From assembly GCA_951406725.2 (NCBI GenBank), contig OX597823.1, positions 91,140,001 through 91,204,000 of the forward strand: DNA of 64,000 nucleotides, in the 5' to 3' direction. Positions 38,576 to 52,629 of the stretch are shown one piece after another. The first letter of the stretch is position 1. Each line of letters starts with the position of its first letter. The notes beneath the pieces are model-generated. The model did not search any database and was not told where the DNA came from. It saw only the letters and a program-made list of their open reading frames with translations. The position numbers and the translations under genes were made by a program. Source of the DNA: Octopus vulgaris. Its lineage: Eukaryota.

Positions 38576-39428
38576 AAAGGCAAACACACACATATATATA
38601 TACATATATATATATATTATGGGCTTCTTTCAGTTTCCATCGACCAAATCCACTCACAAGGCTTTGGTTGACCTAAGGCTGTAGTAGAAGACACTTGCCC
38701 AAGGTGCCTCGTAGTGGGACAGAACACAGAACCATGTGGTTGGGAAGCAAGCTTCTTATCACACAGCCATGCCTGTACTTATTTGTACCTGTTTACATCT
38801 CATTAACTTAGTGGTTCATCAAAAGAGACTGATTTAAATAAGTATCATACATCGAAAAAAAGAATATTGCTGCAGTGTATTTGAATAAACCCTTCAAGGT
38901 GGTGCCCCAGTATGGCCACAGTCCAATGATTAAAACAACGAAAAGTTAGATGATTAAACATTATGTAGACAATGTAGTAGAAAATCCATTATTGTTTATT
39001 AAAAACAAAAAAAAAACATGGTGAAATAGTCACAAATGGATTGGCAATGTCTGTAAGTGTCTTTGAGGAAGATTTGCCCAGGGTTAAAAAAAAAATAATA
39101 GAAACAAATCAAAATATTATTATTACATTGATATTCATCAATACAGCCATGGAATGGCATATTTTCTCACCAAACTGGCTGCAAATAATATTAATTATCT
39201 GATGGTGTTTATGAGGGAATAATAAACGAAGAAGGAATTGGTCAGGTTGCATTCGTTATATCCCACATCTGCAGTCACATTGGTGCCAAACAAATTAACG
39301 GTCCTTTGTGTGTGTTGTGTTCATTTGGCTGTCTCTCTCTCTCTTTCTCTCTCTCTCTAACTGTATTTGTGTGAGTGTGTGTATGTATATATATATCTAT
39401 ATATCCATATCTATATCTATATCTATCA

Positions 39429-39519
<91 letters not shown>

Positions 39520-39711
39520 TATATATATATTTATTTATATATATATATGTAGATAAATAGATAGATATGTGTGCGTATGTGTGTGTGTTTTCTATGGTGG
39601 TTCATGAAATGATGCTATATGTATTGAGGCATGTTTGTGCATATATAAGTGTGTGTGAGTGTCCGTGCATATATAAATATATATATATTCATGTGTGTGT
39701 ATATGTATATA

Positions 39712-39764
<53 letters not shown>

Positions 39765-40179
39765 TTTACTCTTTTACTCTTTTACTTGTTTCAGTCATTT
39801 GACTGCGGCCATGCTGGAGCACCGCCTTTAGTCGAGGAAATCGACCCCGGGAGTTATTCTTTGTAAGCCCAGTACTTATTCTATCGGTCTCTTTTGCCGA
39901 ACCGCTAAGTGACGGGGACGTAAACACACCAGCATCGGTTGTCAAGCAATGCTAGGGGGACAAACACAGACACACAAGCATATCCATACACACACATACA
40001 TATATATACATATATACGATAGGCTTCTTTCAGTTTCCGTCTACCAAATCCACTCACAAGGCATTGGTCGGCCCGAGGCTATAGCAGAAGACAGTTGCCC
40101 AAGATGCCACGCAGTGGGACTGAACCCGGAACCATGTGGTTGGTTAGCAAGTTACTTACCACACAGCCACTCCTGCACC

Positions 40180-40180
<1 letters not shown>
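39765..40180 (-). mobile_element. SINE family A, full length, young
   Basis: Very close to 1155-1541; inserted in (TA)n. Confidence 0.92.
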
Positions 40181-40211
<31 letters not shown>

Positions 40212-40212
<1 letters not shown>

Positions 40213-41180
40213 GTTAATCCAAACGGGAAAACAGAAAAAACAACAACACGTGGAACAATTACAGTATTATTATTATTAGGCGCTCAGGAAAATGGAAGAA
40301 GGAGGGTATGACGTTTCGAGCGGAGCTCTTCGTCGGAAACATAGGAGAAAGAAAGATCCCGAAACGGGAGGACAGAGGAAAAAAAATTGCAGGTAGTCTT
40401 CACGAGGTCACATACTGAAAAGACGGAAGTAGTAAAAAAGGAGGAAAATGTTTTTAAAAACAGGAGAGCTGAATCAAAGAGGGAATGGTAAAAAAGGTGT
40501 GCGAGAAAACGAGGGTGTGTGTGTGAGTGTGTGCGTGTGTGTGTATGTGTGTGTATGGTGGACAGTGGCTAGTAGCAGGCAGTAGTAGAATTAAAGGAGT
40601 GTGTGGGGGTACCTAGCAAGTCAGAAAGGCAGATCAGAAACAGGGAGGTATGTGTGTGTGCGTGTGTATGTATGTGTGAGTGTGTGCATGTGCGTGTGTG
40701 TATGTGTGTGTGAGGCGAGATAAAAATACAAAAAATATGTATATGTTAGTGCGTGCAGGGCGAACAGATGACATAGCAAGTCTCGAGTGAGTGGTCAGTG
40801 GTAAAAAAAGGGAGGAAGGAGGGAAGAAGGGAAGGAGGGAAGAAGGGAAGGAGGGAAAGGGTGGGGGCGTATGTAACGTGCCAGTGTGTGTGTAGAGTGG
40901 TAGTGTGTCCAGTGTGCGTAGTTGTGTGTATGGCAAGTAAATTTGAAGTGTGTGTAAGTGTAATGTATATATATATGCAAATGTGTGTGTGTGAGTGGGT
41001 GTGTGTATGTGTGTGCGTGTGTGTACAAAGAGGGGGAGTTAAGGAAAAAAAACTGCAGCGGAGGGGGGGGAGGGGAAGATGGAAGAGTGGTCCCGCGGCG
41101 ACAGGCATGGGAGAACCCAAAGACACGCGCCGGCCCCAGATACGTACAGGAGATCTAGTCGGTCAAACCACGAGCGTGGT
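40212..41180 (-). mobile_element. Penelope-like pLTR/3' UTR (family P2) with hammerhead motif
   Basis: Minus strand GTTT-CCGACGA-A-GAG-CTCCG-CTC-GAAAC-GTC-ATAC at 40306-40340; CpG-rich and microsatellite-interspersed like the 57795-58760 UTR. Confidence 0.7.
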
Positions 41181-42780
41181 GCATGCATGCGTGTATGCGT
41201 GCGCGAACGTGCACAAGCGTGTATGTGCGCGCGCCTGCGAGTGTGTGTGTAAGTATGTATGTGTGTGGATGTGTGAGTGTGTCTGTGTGTAAGTCTGGGT
41301 GTCTGCGAGTGCGTGTGTAAGTATGTATGTGTGTGGATGTGTGAGTGTGTCTGTGTGTAAGTCTGGGTGTCAGTGTGTCCGATGAATGTATGTAAGTATG
41401 TGTGTGTATATGTGTGTATATAGATGTATGTCCGTGTGTGTGTGTGTGTATGTGTATGAGTGTGTATGTATGTACGTGTGTGTGTGTGGAAGTGTGTGTA
41501 GGTGCATGCGTATGCGCGTACATGCAGGTGTGTGAGTGAGTGTGTGTGTGTGTATGTATGTGTGAGTGTGTATGATGCATGTATGTGTATGGGTGTATGT
41601 ATGTGTGTGTGTGTGTATGTATGTGTACATGCATGTGTGTGTGTGTATGCACGTATGCATGTATGCGTATGCATGTGCGTATGTGTGTGTGTGTGTGCAT
41701 GTGTGTAGGTATATATGTATGTGCGTATATGTGTGTGTATGTGCGTACATGTGTGTGTGTATGCCTGTGTGTGTATGTAGGTGTGTAGGCGTGTTTGTAT
41801 AGGTGTATGTATGTAAGTATGTATGGGTGTGTCCGTGTGTGTGTGTGTATGTAGGTGTGTGGGCGTGTGTGTATAGGTGTATGTATGTATGTATGTATGG
41901 GTGTGTCCGTGTGTGTTTGTGTGTGTGTGTATGCATGTGTATGTAGGTGTGTGTGTACGTGTGTAATATATGTATGTATGCGTGTGTGTGCGTGTGTATG
42001 CGTGTGTGTGTGTATGTAGGTGCGTATGTATGTGTGTGGGAGTGTAGGTGTGTGTGTGCGTGTATGTGTGCGTGTGCGTGTATATGTTGGTGTGTGTGTA
42101 TGTGAGTGTGAGTGTATGGGTGTTAGTCATGCATGTGTGTGCGCGTGCAGGCGAGTGTGTGTGTAAGTATGTGTGTGTGTATGTATGTGTGAGTGTGTAT
42201 GTGTGTATGTCTGTGTGTATGTATGTGCGTATAGAAGTATGTACGTATGTGTATGTGTATGTGTGTGGGTGTATGTATGTATGTATGTGTGTGTGTGTGC
42301 ATGTGTGTAAGTATATGTGTGTGTGAGTATGTATGTGTATGTGTATGTGTGTGTGTTTATGTATGTGTGTATGTATGTGTGTAGGCGTGTGTGTATAGGT
42401 GTATGTATGTATGGGTGTGTGTCTGGGAGTGTTTGTGTGTGTGTGTAGGTATGTGTGTATGTATGAGTGAAGGTATGGCTGTGTAGGTGTGTGTGTGTAT
42501 GAATGTAAGTGTGTGTGTACAAGTGTAGTGTAATGTATGTATGTAGGTGTGTGTGTGTATGTGTGTGTGTGCGTGTGTATGTGTGTGTGTGTATGTGTGT
42601 GAGTGTGAGTGTATGGGTGTATATGTATGTCTGAAGTAGGTATGTGTGTGTATGTATGTGTGTGTGTGTGCGGGTATGTGTGTGTGTGTGTATGTGTGTG
42701 TGTAAGTGTGTGTGTGAGTAGGTGTGCGTGTATGTATGTGGGTAGGGATGCATACATATATATATAAATGATGTGTGTGT
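41180..42780. repeat. About 1.6-kb degenerate (TG)/(TATG) satellite
   Basis: Continuous TG-rich low complexity; explains the 618-aa H/T/Y ORF. Confidence 0.95.
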
Positions 42781-42785
42781 TTATA

Positions 42786-44350
42786 TCATCATCATCATCA
42801 TTTAACGTCCGCTTTCCATGCTGGCATGGACTGGACAGTTTGATGGAAAACTGGTAAGCCAGCGGGCTGCTCAAGCTTCCGATCTGATTTGGCATGGTTT
42901 CTATGACTGGATGCCCTTCCTAATGCCAACCACTCCAGGAGTGCCAATAACCTGACACCGGCTTGATAGGTCAGCAAAAGCACAGTATATCGCAAAAGGT
43001 CTTGGACACTTGTCTCTGCCTCCATGAGGCCCAATGCTTGAACGGTGCTTTTTACATGCCACCAGCATGGGTGCCAATCAGATGGCACTGGCATCAACCA
43101 TGACTACAATTTCCCTTGGTTTGACAGGTCTTTACAAGCACCGCATTTCCTCAACAATTGAAGGATGCTTTTAATGGGCCAGTTATGTGACTCTGGCATC
43201 AACCATGACTATGATCCCACTTGGCTTGATGGATCTTCTCAAGCACGGCATATTTCCAAAGGTCTCAGTCACTTGTCATTGTCTCAGTGAGGCCCAACAT
43301 TTGAAGATCATGCTTCACCACCTCGTCTCATGTCTTCCTGGGTCTATCTCTACCACAAGTTCTCTCCACCATTAGAGATTGGCGCTTCTTCCCACAGCTG
43401 TCCTCATCCATACACATCACATGACCATACCAGCACAGTCATCTCTCACACTGAAATTACACATCCAGTGGAGGATACTAGCTTCATTCCTTACAAGCCT
43501 ATGCATGTCGCGAGCAGTCAAAGCCCATGTTTCACTGCCATGTAGCATGACTGTTCACACACAGGCATCATACAGTCTGCCTTTCACTCTGAGAGGGCCT
43601 TTGTTACCAGCAGAGGTAGGAGCTCCTTCAACTTTGTCCAGCTTATTCTTACTTTAGCACCCATGTCTATGCAACAGAAGCTATTGACTGCTTCTAATTT
43701 TACCCCCTGGCATGTGATGGAATTTATTTTCTGTACATTTTTAGTGTTTATTGTACCTTCCACACACAACAACTATTTTCCCTGTTAACATTCCTTTGAT
43801 GTTGTTGCACCTCTTATATATCCATAATTACACTGGGTACATCTTATGAAGTTTCTACCTACACCTTTTCTACAGATCAAGCAGAGCCATCTACCTGAAG
43901 GGATTTGTGATTTGTCTGCCTTTCTACTTACTAAGACTTTGGTTTTTGCTAGGTTAACTTTAAGGCTCCTCAATTTTAGACCTTGCTTCCACACCTGAAA
44001 CCTCTTCTCTAGTTTTGGTAGTGACTCAGCAATAGAGGAGCTCCCAGGGGCAGCCTGTCTTGAATTCCTCTGTTATTGCCTGGACGATTATGATGACCAA
44101 GAGGAGGCTGAGGACTAATCCTTGGTGAACCCCTACTTGAATTCCTCTGTTATCACCTGGAGTACTATGATGAACAAAAGGGGACTGAAGACTGACCCTT
44201 GGTGAGCCCCAACTTCTACCTGGAATTCTTCGCTATACTCTTTGCCAATCGTCACCTTACTGACAGCATCCCTGTACTGGGCTTGTACAGCTCTTACCAA
44301 CCACTTGTCTAACCCTAGTTTCTGCATTGACCTTCAGATAAGGGATCAGG
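42786..44350 (-). mobile_element. RTE-clade LINE, decayed
   Basis: GAHQGSVFSPLLFIIVL (locally duplicated), LKVNLAKTKVL, and an intra-RT C..CRKGVGRN.I.C..C zinc-finger-like insert; 3' UTR with (GAT)n tail. Confidence 0.88.
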
Positions 44351-45030
44351 AGATAAAGAAACACTAAAATAAAAGACCGAGAGCACTATACTAGCAGCAC
44401 AAGACCAAGCTGGTGGGGAGTCAACCTATGGAATGAGCAACTGTCTCTGCTGTGCTGCGTCTGTAATAGGGTGCATAAAACCATTGCCCATATCACAAAT
44501 GAATGCCCTAAATTTGCCCTTAACTATTCATTACAAGTTCTAGTGATATGATGAGGTAGTGAAACTGCTACGTTGGAAACTGTGTGAAAAGTGGGGCCTA
44601 GAGAGAGGCTAGACATGGTATGGGCACAAACTGCAAAGAGTGTTGGAGTCGGAGACTAGCAAAATCTCCTGGGATTTCCCAAACCAAACAGACCCCTGAA
44701 TAGTCAAAAAGGAAGACAAAAAGATAGATAGATACAACCCTCTTAAGTATGAAATAGCTCGGCTATGAAAAATGAAGAAGGAGAAGACAGTGTCAATTAT
44801 TGTTATGTTCTTGGGGACAGTATCAGAAGGCATCAAGAAGAATATAAAGGAAATTGGAACAGAGTGTCCAGTAGAACTGTGAGAAAAGTCTTGCCTCCTT
44901 GGCCTCACCAGAATAATCAGGAAAGTATTAGACAGCTGAAAAGAATGGTACCGTAGGCTGTGGGTGGCAAGCCCGCTATACATGCAAGACTCCAAGAGCT
45001 CCAACAGAACCTGAGTTAAGAAATAATTTT
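44350..45030 (+). mobile_element. REL non-LTR retrotransposon 3' fragment (R4/Dong-like)
   Basis: TESTILAAQDQA.., TIAHITNECPK.., WKLCEKWGL.., KISWDF.., KIDRYNPLKYEIARL with stops. Confidence 0.72.
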
Positions 45031-45551
45031 ATTGGTGCCATTATGTCGTTTACCATTATTAATATTATCATTATCATCATTGTTATCATTATTATTATTA
45101 TTAGTTTCATATGCTAATGTATTTTTAACATAAATTTTTTTATTTGCTCCATTTGTTTTTTTTGTTGTATTTTGATTAATTTTCTTTTTTGTTCAATGCC
45201 TGTGTATTCCTGTGTGCCTGTATACATGTATGTGTGTGTGTGAATGTGTGTGTGTGAGTGTGTGCCTGTATACATGTGTGTGTGTCTAGGAAAACAGTTG
45301 AAGATGAACAATAGATAGGTAAAATAAATAAACAACTATATAAATGCATAAAAATTGTGTAAGTGTTTAATTATCAATAACAGTGAAGTGGGGGACAGAT
45401 TGGAGGGATGGAGGTGATTGTGTTAATGTCAGTAAGTAGTCAGTTGGAGATTGAAGCAAATATATTTGCACGCATGCATAAACACACACTCACACATCAT
45501 ACATGAATACACACACACACACACACACATATATACGTGTGTGTATATACA

Positions 45552-45606
<55 letters not shown>

Positions 45607-45672
45607 ATATATATATTAATATATTTGTATATGTATGTATATGTATGCATATGTATGCATGTATGTCATCAT

Positions 45673-45753
<81 letters not shown>

Positions 45754-45831
45754 GCACACACATAAATTTATATCTACACCCTGGTGCAGTATATTTGCAA
45801 ATATGTGTTAATCTATCTGTCTCTCTCTCTG

Positions 45832-45947
<116 letters not shown>

Positions 45948-46619
45948 CATATACCTACATATGTGAGTGTGTGCATATGAATAAATACATATTTATATAT
46001 GTTAATATCTGTGTTATTGCGTGTAACTGTGTGTTTGTGTGTGTTTGCGTGTGTAAGCTTCAGTTCCAAGATGAAATAGGAAGAGAAAGAAACAGTTTGT
46101 CCGTCTTGTAAGTGCCGTGTATTTTCATCAGTTTTTTCTCAAGCATCTTCATTTGTCACAATGTGAAGAAATTGGTAATGACAGGTAAGGCGGGATGAGG
46201 AGGGGGGGTCACATCCAAAGGTAAATATCAGAAATATGTGAAAGGGAAGGGACAATCAATACATACCTATGTGTATGTGTATGAGAGTGTGGTGTGTGTG
46301 TGTGTGTAAGTACATATAGCATGGGCAGGATGGTTTGACTGTGGGCTGGCAAACTAGATGACTGCATCAAGACGAGCCTGGTGCAGCCATCTGGTTTGCT
46401 ATCCCACAGTCAAACCGTCCAACCCATGCTAGCATGGAAAGCAGACGTTAAACGACCACAATGATGATGATGATGTGTTGATACACGCACACACACAGAC
46501 ACACAGACACAGACACATACACACACACTCATACATATACATGCACACACACAGATATACACACATGTGTGTGTGTGTGTGTGTTAATAACACCTGTAAA
46601 GAGGTGCTTTATCCATTCA

Positions 46620-48000
46620 CCAAAGTGAATGGAGCTTTGGCCAGGAGGAACTGATGTCATCAGACAGCATCCGTCGTTCATTGGGCGTTTTGACTCTGAA
46701 CCATAACGCCCTCCTGTTGGTGGGTCAGCAGAGGTGGTCAAGTCACTGCTCTTCAATTCCTCCTGGCTTCCAGCTTAACTCTTCTCTCTAACTCCAAAGG
46801 CAGCTAGAGGCTCTTTCAGCTGACTTTCCCATCCTGCGCACAGCCACCCTTCTCTCCTTACCTCTCATTCAAATTGCTATAAGAATCCTTCATGCCGTCT
46901 GAGCAGGGAATCCCTTACAGCCAACCTTTACTGGGAAAAGCCATACCTGCCATCCCTTCCCCCTGCAATCCTGAAGAAGGCTCAAATACCTGGCACACTT
47001 CCATTTATGGGCCTCATAACACCCCTCTTCCTGTGGGACTGAATTCAATTACGATAATTTTCTTGGCCTTCTCAGAACACTGGGCCACATCTGGCCTCAG
47101 GGTTGTATGGACAACCTGGAGAAACTGCAGTCTCTCCCCTAAGTCCACTTTTATATTCCATGGTGGCTGAGATCCTTGCAGCAAGCTATGTTTTGATATT
47201 GCTGACTTTACTGGTTTCTTTCCCTCTTTCATGAACTTAATTGCTGCTGTTGCTTTTGTTTGTTTGTTGAGTGAAGCAGTCTTTGTCCTTGGGAGAAGTC
47301 CAAAACGTAGTCCTTTGTTATTCGTAAGACCCACAGAAGAGAAAGCAGGTCAACTCTCCACATCGAGAGCATCGATGGATGGATGAATGCGCATCCAGGC
47401 TCAGCGGTTGTGTAGGAAGTCAGGGACAAGAAACAGGAAGAGTGAGAGAAAGTTGGAGCGAAAGAGTACAATAGGTGTTGTCTCCACCCCCGGCTGGAGC
47501 TTCGTGGAGCTTTAGGTGTTTTCACTCAGTAAACACACACAACACCCGGTCTGGGAATTGAAACTGCGATCCTCCGACCACGAGTTCGCTGCCCTAAACA
47601 CTGGGCCATTGCACCTCCACTGCTGTTGCCTTCCTCTGGTGATGATGTTTCTTGTGCCTTCCATGTGTTCTAGCGAAGCCAACACTCTTTCTGCATACAC
47701 ATGGGTTGCAGTGGTTACTGTAATATCATCCCTGAAGCCCCTTATTGGCTGCTGACAACTGCTTGATTCCATTGTTGGTCCTTGGGCTTCTCTATTATGG
47801 CACCATTTATATCTGCCTTGAGAAAGTGCTATTCTACACCCTGCCACGATATATGCTAGGGTGCCCCTTTCTCCACAAAGTCTGAATGGCTGGTCTTCCC
47901 TCAAATCCCATCTGTGCAGGTTTGTTGGCATCAGAATCAATGTTTTCTTCAAAACATATGTTGGAAGTATAAAGATTTGAATAACACCTGCATTTGACTC
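46620..48000 (-). mobile_element. HERO/NeSL-like REL non-LTR fragments
   Basis: PTNLHRWDLRED..RLCGERGTLAYIVAGCRIALSQGRYKWCHN; PIRGFRDDITVT (RT FMDD motif); TTLRPDVAQCSEKAKKIIVIEF (REL); domain order is scrambled. Confidence 0.75.
47254..47620 (-). mobile_element. tRNA SINE family D with (AAAC)n tail and 9-bp TSD
   Basis: Head GGAGGTGCAATGGCCCAGTG; TGCTGTTGC at 47245-47253 and 47621-47629. Confidence 0.85.
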
Positions 48001-48115
48001 CAATTTCTTAATTTATCTATGTATGTATGTGTATATATATATATATATACATAAACATATATCTACACACACACATGCACACATACATGCATACATACAT
48101 ACATACATACATACA

Positions 48116-48190
<75 letters not shown>

Positions 48191-48544
48191 TGGCAGACAG
48201 CTTGCCCGATGGCAAGTGGGCCTCTGTGCCATTAGAATCCATATATGGGAGCCCATGTTAGTATCTAAGGGGTCCATCCCTTCAAGTTTGAAAAATTCTT
48301 ATTCACTCATGGAAGAATGCATTAATCATTTCAGCCTGGCTGTGTTTGTAGACAGTTGAAAAGAATGCTTTTAACAAAAAAATAAATAAATAAATAGATT
48401 ATCCCATTGTAGTTGCGGGTGGGCCCCCTTAGTCTCCTGGCAACCAATGTTTTTAGACCCATAGCTAATTGTAAAATTTAAAGAAGAGAATTGAGTAGTA
48501 AATATACTAACAAGTAAAGTTAATCACCACATCAAAGTGGCTGC

Positions 48545-48587
48545 TCCATGTTCCATGTTCCATGTTCCATGTTCCATGTTCCATGTT
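48545..48587. repeat. (TCCATGT)6 heptamer repeat
   Basis: Six perfect units. Confidence 0.9.
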
Positions 48588-49949
48588 ATGAATAGTTCAA
48601 CCCCAGATATGTATATTCTTTTATTCTTTTATTTGTTTCAGTCATTTGACTCTGGCCATGCTAGACCACTGCCTTTAGTTGAGAAAATTGACCCCAGGAC
48701 TTATTCTTTGTAAGCCTAGTACGTATCCTATCAGTCTCTTTTGCTGAACCACTAATGTTACAGGGACATAAACACACCAACATCGGTTGTCAAGCAATGA
48801 TGAGGGGACAAGCACAGACTCACACACACATATATGTGTGTGTATGTATATATACAGCGGGCTTCTTTCAATTACCAAATCCACTCACAAGACTGGTCAG
48901 CCCGAGGTTATAGTAGAAGACACTTGCCCAGAGTGCCACACAGTGGAACTGAACCTGGAACCCTGTGGTTGGGAAGCAAGCTACTTAACACACAGCCACT
49001 CCTGTACCTATATGTATATATATATTTATATATATGTGTGTGTGCATGTGTGCTTATGTCTGTATTTCCCCCACCCCTACATGACAACCGGTGTTGGTGT
49101 GCTTACATCACTGTAACCTAGCAGTTTGGCAAAAGAGTCTAATAGAATAAGTACCAGGCTTGACAAAAAAAAAAGAAAATAGAGGAAAGCATCAAGTTTG
49201 AATCGTTCAACTAAAATCCCTCAAGGTGGTGCTCCAGAATGGCTACAGTCTGATGACTGCCAAAAAAAAAAAGTATGTGACACTAGAAAAGGGCAGGATG
49301 ATCACAGCTGGAACGCCTTTCTCTATAGATCTGCATGATCTTTGCTAACTTGGGGGGGGGGGGCGCTACACAACAACAACAACAACAGCTACAATATACA
49401 ACAACTGTTACTTTTCTCATTATCGTTATTATTTATATTAATTATTTATGTTGTTTTAAGGTGACCAAAAAACAGAACCAACAAAATGGCCAGACATAAA
49501 TAACTGAGCATATTTACTTTGGTTGGTTTTATTTCCTTCCTGGGTTTTGAAGTCCTGCCAAAGTTGATTTTGGCTTCCATCCTTCTGGGGTTGATAAAAT
49601 AAATATTTGTCTTTCTTCTTGGGTCAATTGGATCGACTACACTCGTTCCCCCACCCCACCCCACCTCGCCGCTTATGCATTTGTGGCTTTTGTTTCGGTT
49701 TGAACAAAAACTGGAAAACAAAAGCAAAAGGCCATTGATGGAGCAAGAGGTGGGAGGCGGGTAGTTTTTGGGCCAGGAATGGTTGTGTGCACTGGTGAAA
49801 GCTTAGTGGTTTTTAGCTATGCTCCACCTCTCTTCCTCTGTTTGTGTGTGTGTGTGTGTGTGAGCGCACGCATGTGTATGTGTGTGTGCATGCATGCATG
49901 TGTGTGTGTGTGCATATATATATATATATGTATATATATAAATATATAT

Positions 49950-49996
49950 ATATAGATAAATAAATAGATAGATAGATAAATAGGTAGGTAGGTAAG

Positions 49997-50039
<43 letters not shown>

Positions 50040-50183
50040 ATAGACAGACAGACAGATACATAGGTAGATAGATAGATAGATAAATAGATAGATAGAAGGA
50101 TGGATAGATAGATAGATAGATAGATAGATAGGTAGGTAGACAGTTAGATAGATATGGATACATAGATAGATGAATAGATAGAT
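49950..50183. repeat. (GATA)n microsatellite
   Basis: GATA/GACA/GGTA units. Confidence 0.93.
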
Positions 50184-50239
50184 ATTAATTAGTTAAAGGC
50201 TTTATTAGAATCTAGACAGTTCAACATATATCTATCTAT

Positions 50240-51205
50240 CTAGGTTTTCCCTCAGGATGCCCCAAGACTTTCCACACGTTTTCCCCATTCATCTCGATCT
50301 TCCATAATGGTCCTCAGCTCCTGTACCCCTTCCATATCAGTATCCTCCAGCAAGTTGTTCGATATAGGTCGCCTTCCTTCTTCCTCTCCTGGTTCTTCCT
50401 TACAGAACACTAACCTGCTAACAATTTCATCGGTATGTGTGATGCAATGTCCAGCTAACCTCATCCTTCTATGCTGCATCTTCAATGTTACTTTTGGTAG
50501 TCCCTGGTATAAATCGGCGATTGCTGTATGACTCTTCCAGGACACATCGAGTGCCATTCTAAGCATCCTCATATAAGAATCGTCCAACTGCTTCTTCAAT
50601 GCTTTAGTGAGCGTCAATGTGTCCAGCCATATAGAAGAACAGACTCCACTGTTGCCAGAAACAACCTCACTTTCAATTTCCTTGCTAACTTTGAACTCCA
50701 TACTTTTCTCAATTTATGGCATGCACTGCTGGTAAGAGGTTTCCTTGCTACAATGTCTTTTTCAGTACTTTGTGTCCATGCACCAAGGGATTTGAAATTT
50801 TCAACTACCTTCAGTGTCTTACCGTCTCTCACTTTCACTGACACAGGCATTTTGTGGTTGAATACTTGCAGCTCTATTTTCTTTGCATTACAGTACAATC
50901 CTACCTTCCCCAATTCCTGCTCTAATCTACTCAGCACCCCCCTGTGCCTGATCTGTCCTCTCTGCTAGTGATGCCAGGTCATCAACATAGTCTAGGTCAG
51001 TTACTGTTACTGCTTAATGCCATCTACTTCTTTGCCTATGCAGTTTGAATCCCAGTTCTTCTTCCTTGCCCTTGTACGTTCTACACATTACATAGTCCAG
51101 AACGATGGTGAAGAGATAAGGGGCAAGCGTGTCACCTTGTAATACTCCGGCTTTGACTTCAAAGTATTCTGTCTCTCCATCAGCAGTGATCACTTTTGAT
51201 TCAGT
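50240..51205 (-). mobile_element. Second RTE-clade LINE family, RT and C-terminus
   Basis: AGVLQGDTLAPYLFTIVLDYVM, TDLDYVDDLA, LKVRLFLATVESVLLYG and RMRLAGHC motifs; frameshifts. Confidence 0.88.
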
Positions 51206-51619
51206 ACATAGATGAATGAGGACGATACTTAAAGCATATGATATTCCATCAAGAATTCTGAGAGCAATAAATCAGCTGTATGAAATCAACATGTAGGATG
51301 CCAGAAATGGCTAGGTACAATAACAGGCTTCACATGCTTTTGTAGAATATTGTAAATATGTAAAGTGCCAAATCCAATTTAAACTGTAGATCTGACTCAG
51401 CGCTGGTTCTAGGTGCAGTGTAGTTATAAAAGAGAACACAATTAGGATTTTAAATTTACAGGAACCATGTGGTTTGGAAGCAAACTTCTTACCATACAGC
51501 CATGCCTGCACCTGAAGAGAATCTGGATGAAGATGATGGCCACAGCATCCCTATATTTAGTTCACTGATTTAATACATGTGGATTTAAGTCAATACCTTG
51601 CCTATGTCTATTGCCATCT

Positions 51620-51930
51620 TCATTTGTGAGGGTCGCAGTCCATGATTGCATGCACCGTCTCTCTCCATCAATTCCTGCCTCTAGCAATGGTTGTGTGTTC
51701 AACCAGAAGTGTTCCAATCCATTCTTTGATGATGTCTGACTATCATCTTCTCAGTGTCTTCTTTTTGCATTTCCCATTGACTTTTCCCTCTTGGATTCAG
51801 CTGCTGAGGTTCTGGGTCCTGATGACAGGCCCAAAATAACTGCAGCTTTCTCTTCTTGAGAGTTTCCAAAAATTCTCTTTCTGTTCCCATTTCCTCTGCT
51901 ACTGACTTGTTCAATGGCCATTCCAATTGT
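51620..51930 (-). mobile_element. RTE/BovB-like LINE 3' fragment
   Basis: ETLKKRKLQLF.GHV-like and GKVNGKCKKK..W-like motifs, degenerate. Confidence 0.6.
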
Positions 51931-52074
51931 TCCCTGTACTAATTTGTAATATGGTCAGCCAATGAAGAGAATCTCCATAATGTCATTCAAATTGCTAAAA
52001 ATAGCAGCAAAATCACCCTCATCATACTTTACTGTCATAAAAAGAAGGACACACTGGATAATGTACTTCTAGGT

Positions 52075-52260
52075 TAGTGCTCCGCAATCTTTTTTTCCTT
52101 GTGGTTCACTTATATTCTTTTTGAAATTCGGCAACACACCTGAGCTAAAAATATAACTAAAAGTTTAGTGAGAAGAATCATATTCTGGGTGCACTGCGGC
52201 ACACCTGGCATCATCTTGTGGCACATTGGTGTGCCACTGCATACCGGTTATGGAGCACTG
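52075..52260. mobile_element. hAT (Charlie-type) MITE
   Basis: TIRs TAGTGCTCCGCAATC / GGTTATGGAGCACTG; 8-bp TSD TTCTAGGT / TTCTAGAT with the NTCTAGAN preference. Confidence 0.85.
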
Positions 52261-52629
52261 TTCTAGATACACAACGTCAACTTCTGGACATCACCATCTT
52301 GAGTTCAAGAACTCACTGTACCGTTTACCTGGTTTCCATGGAATATAAGTGAGTGAGAATACAGCATTGCCCCTGAATGGGATCCCAGTCCATTGTAGGG
52401 TTATTCATTTAGAGCTGAGCAGACTGAAACAGAGTAAAATGAAGTGTCTTGTTTAAGAACACAACACATTGCCCTGTCCAGGAATTGAAACCATGATCTT
52501 GCAATTGTGAGTGTAACTCTGTAACCAATTGGTAATGCACCTTCACTTTAGATACACAGTGGCTAGAAAAACGATGGGATGCACAAAAATGGAATAGCTT
52601 TGATCACAGGTAAGTCCAGTCACTGTAGA

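Noticed and set aside
41039-42895. 618-aa H/T/Y-rich ORF, the longest in the track
   Set aside because: Translation of a degenerate (CA)n satellite plus an RTE tail; such repeats lack stops in some frames
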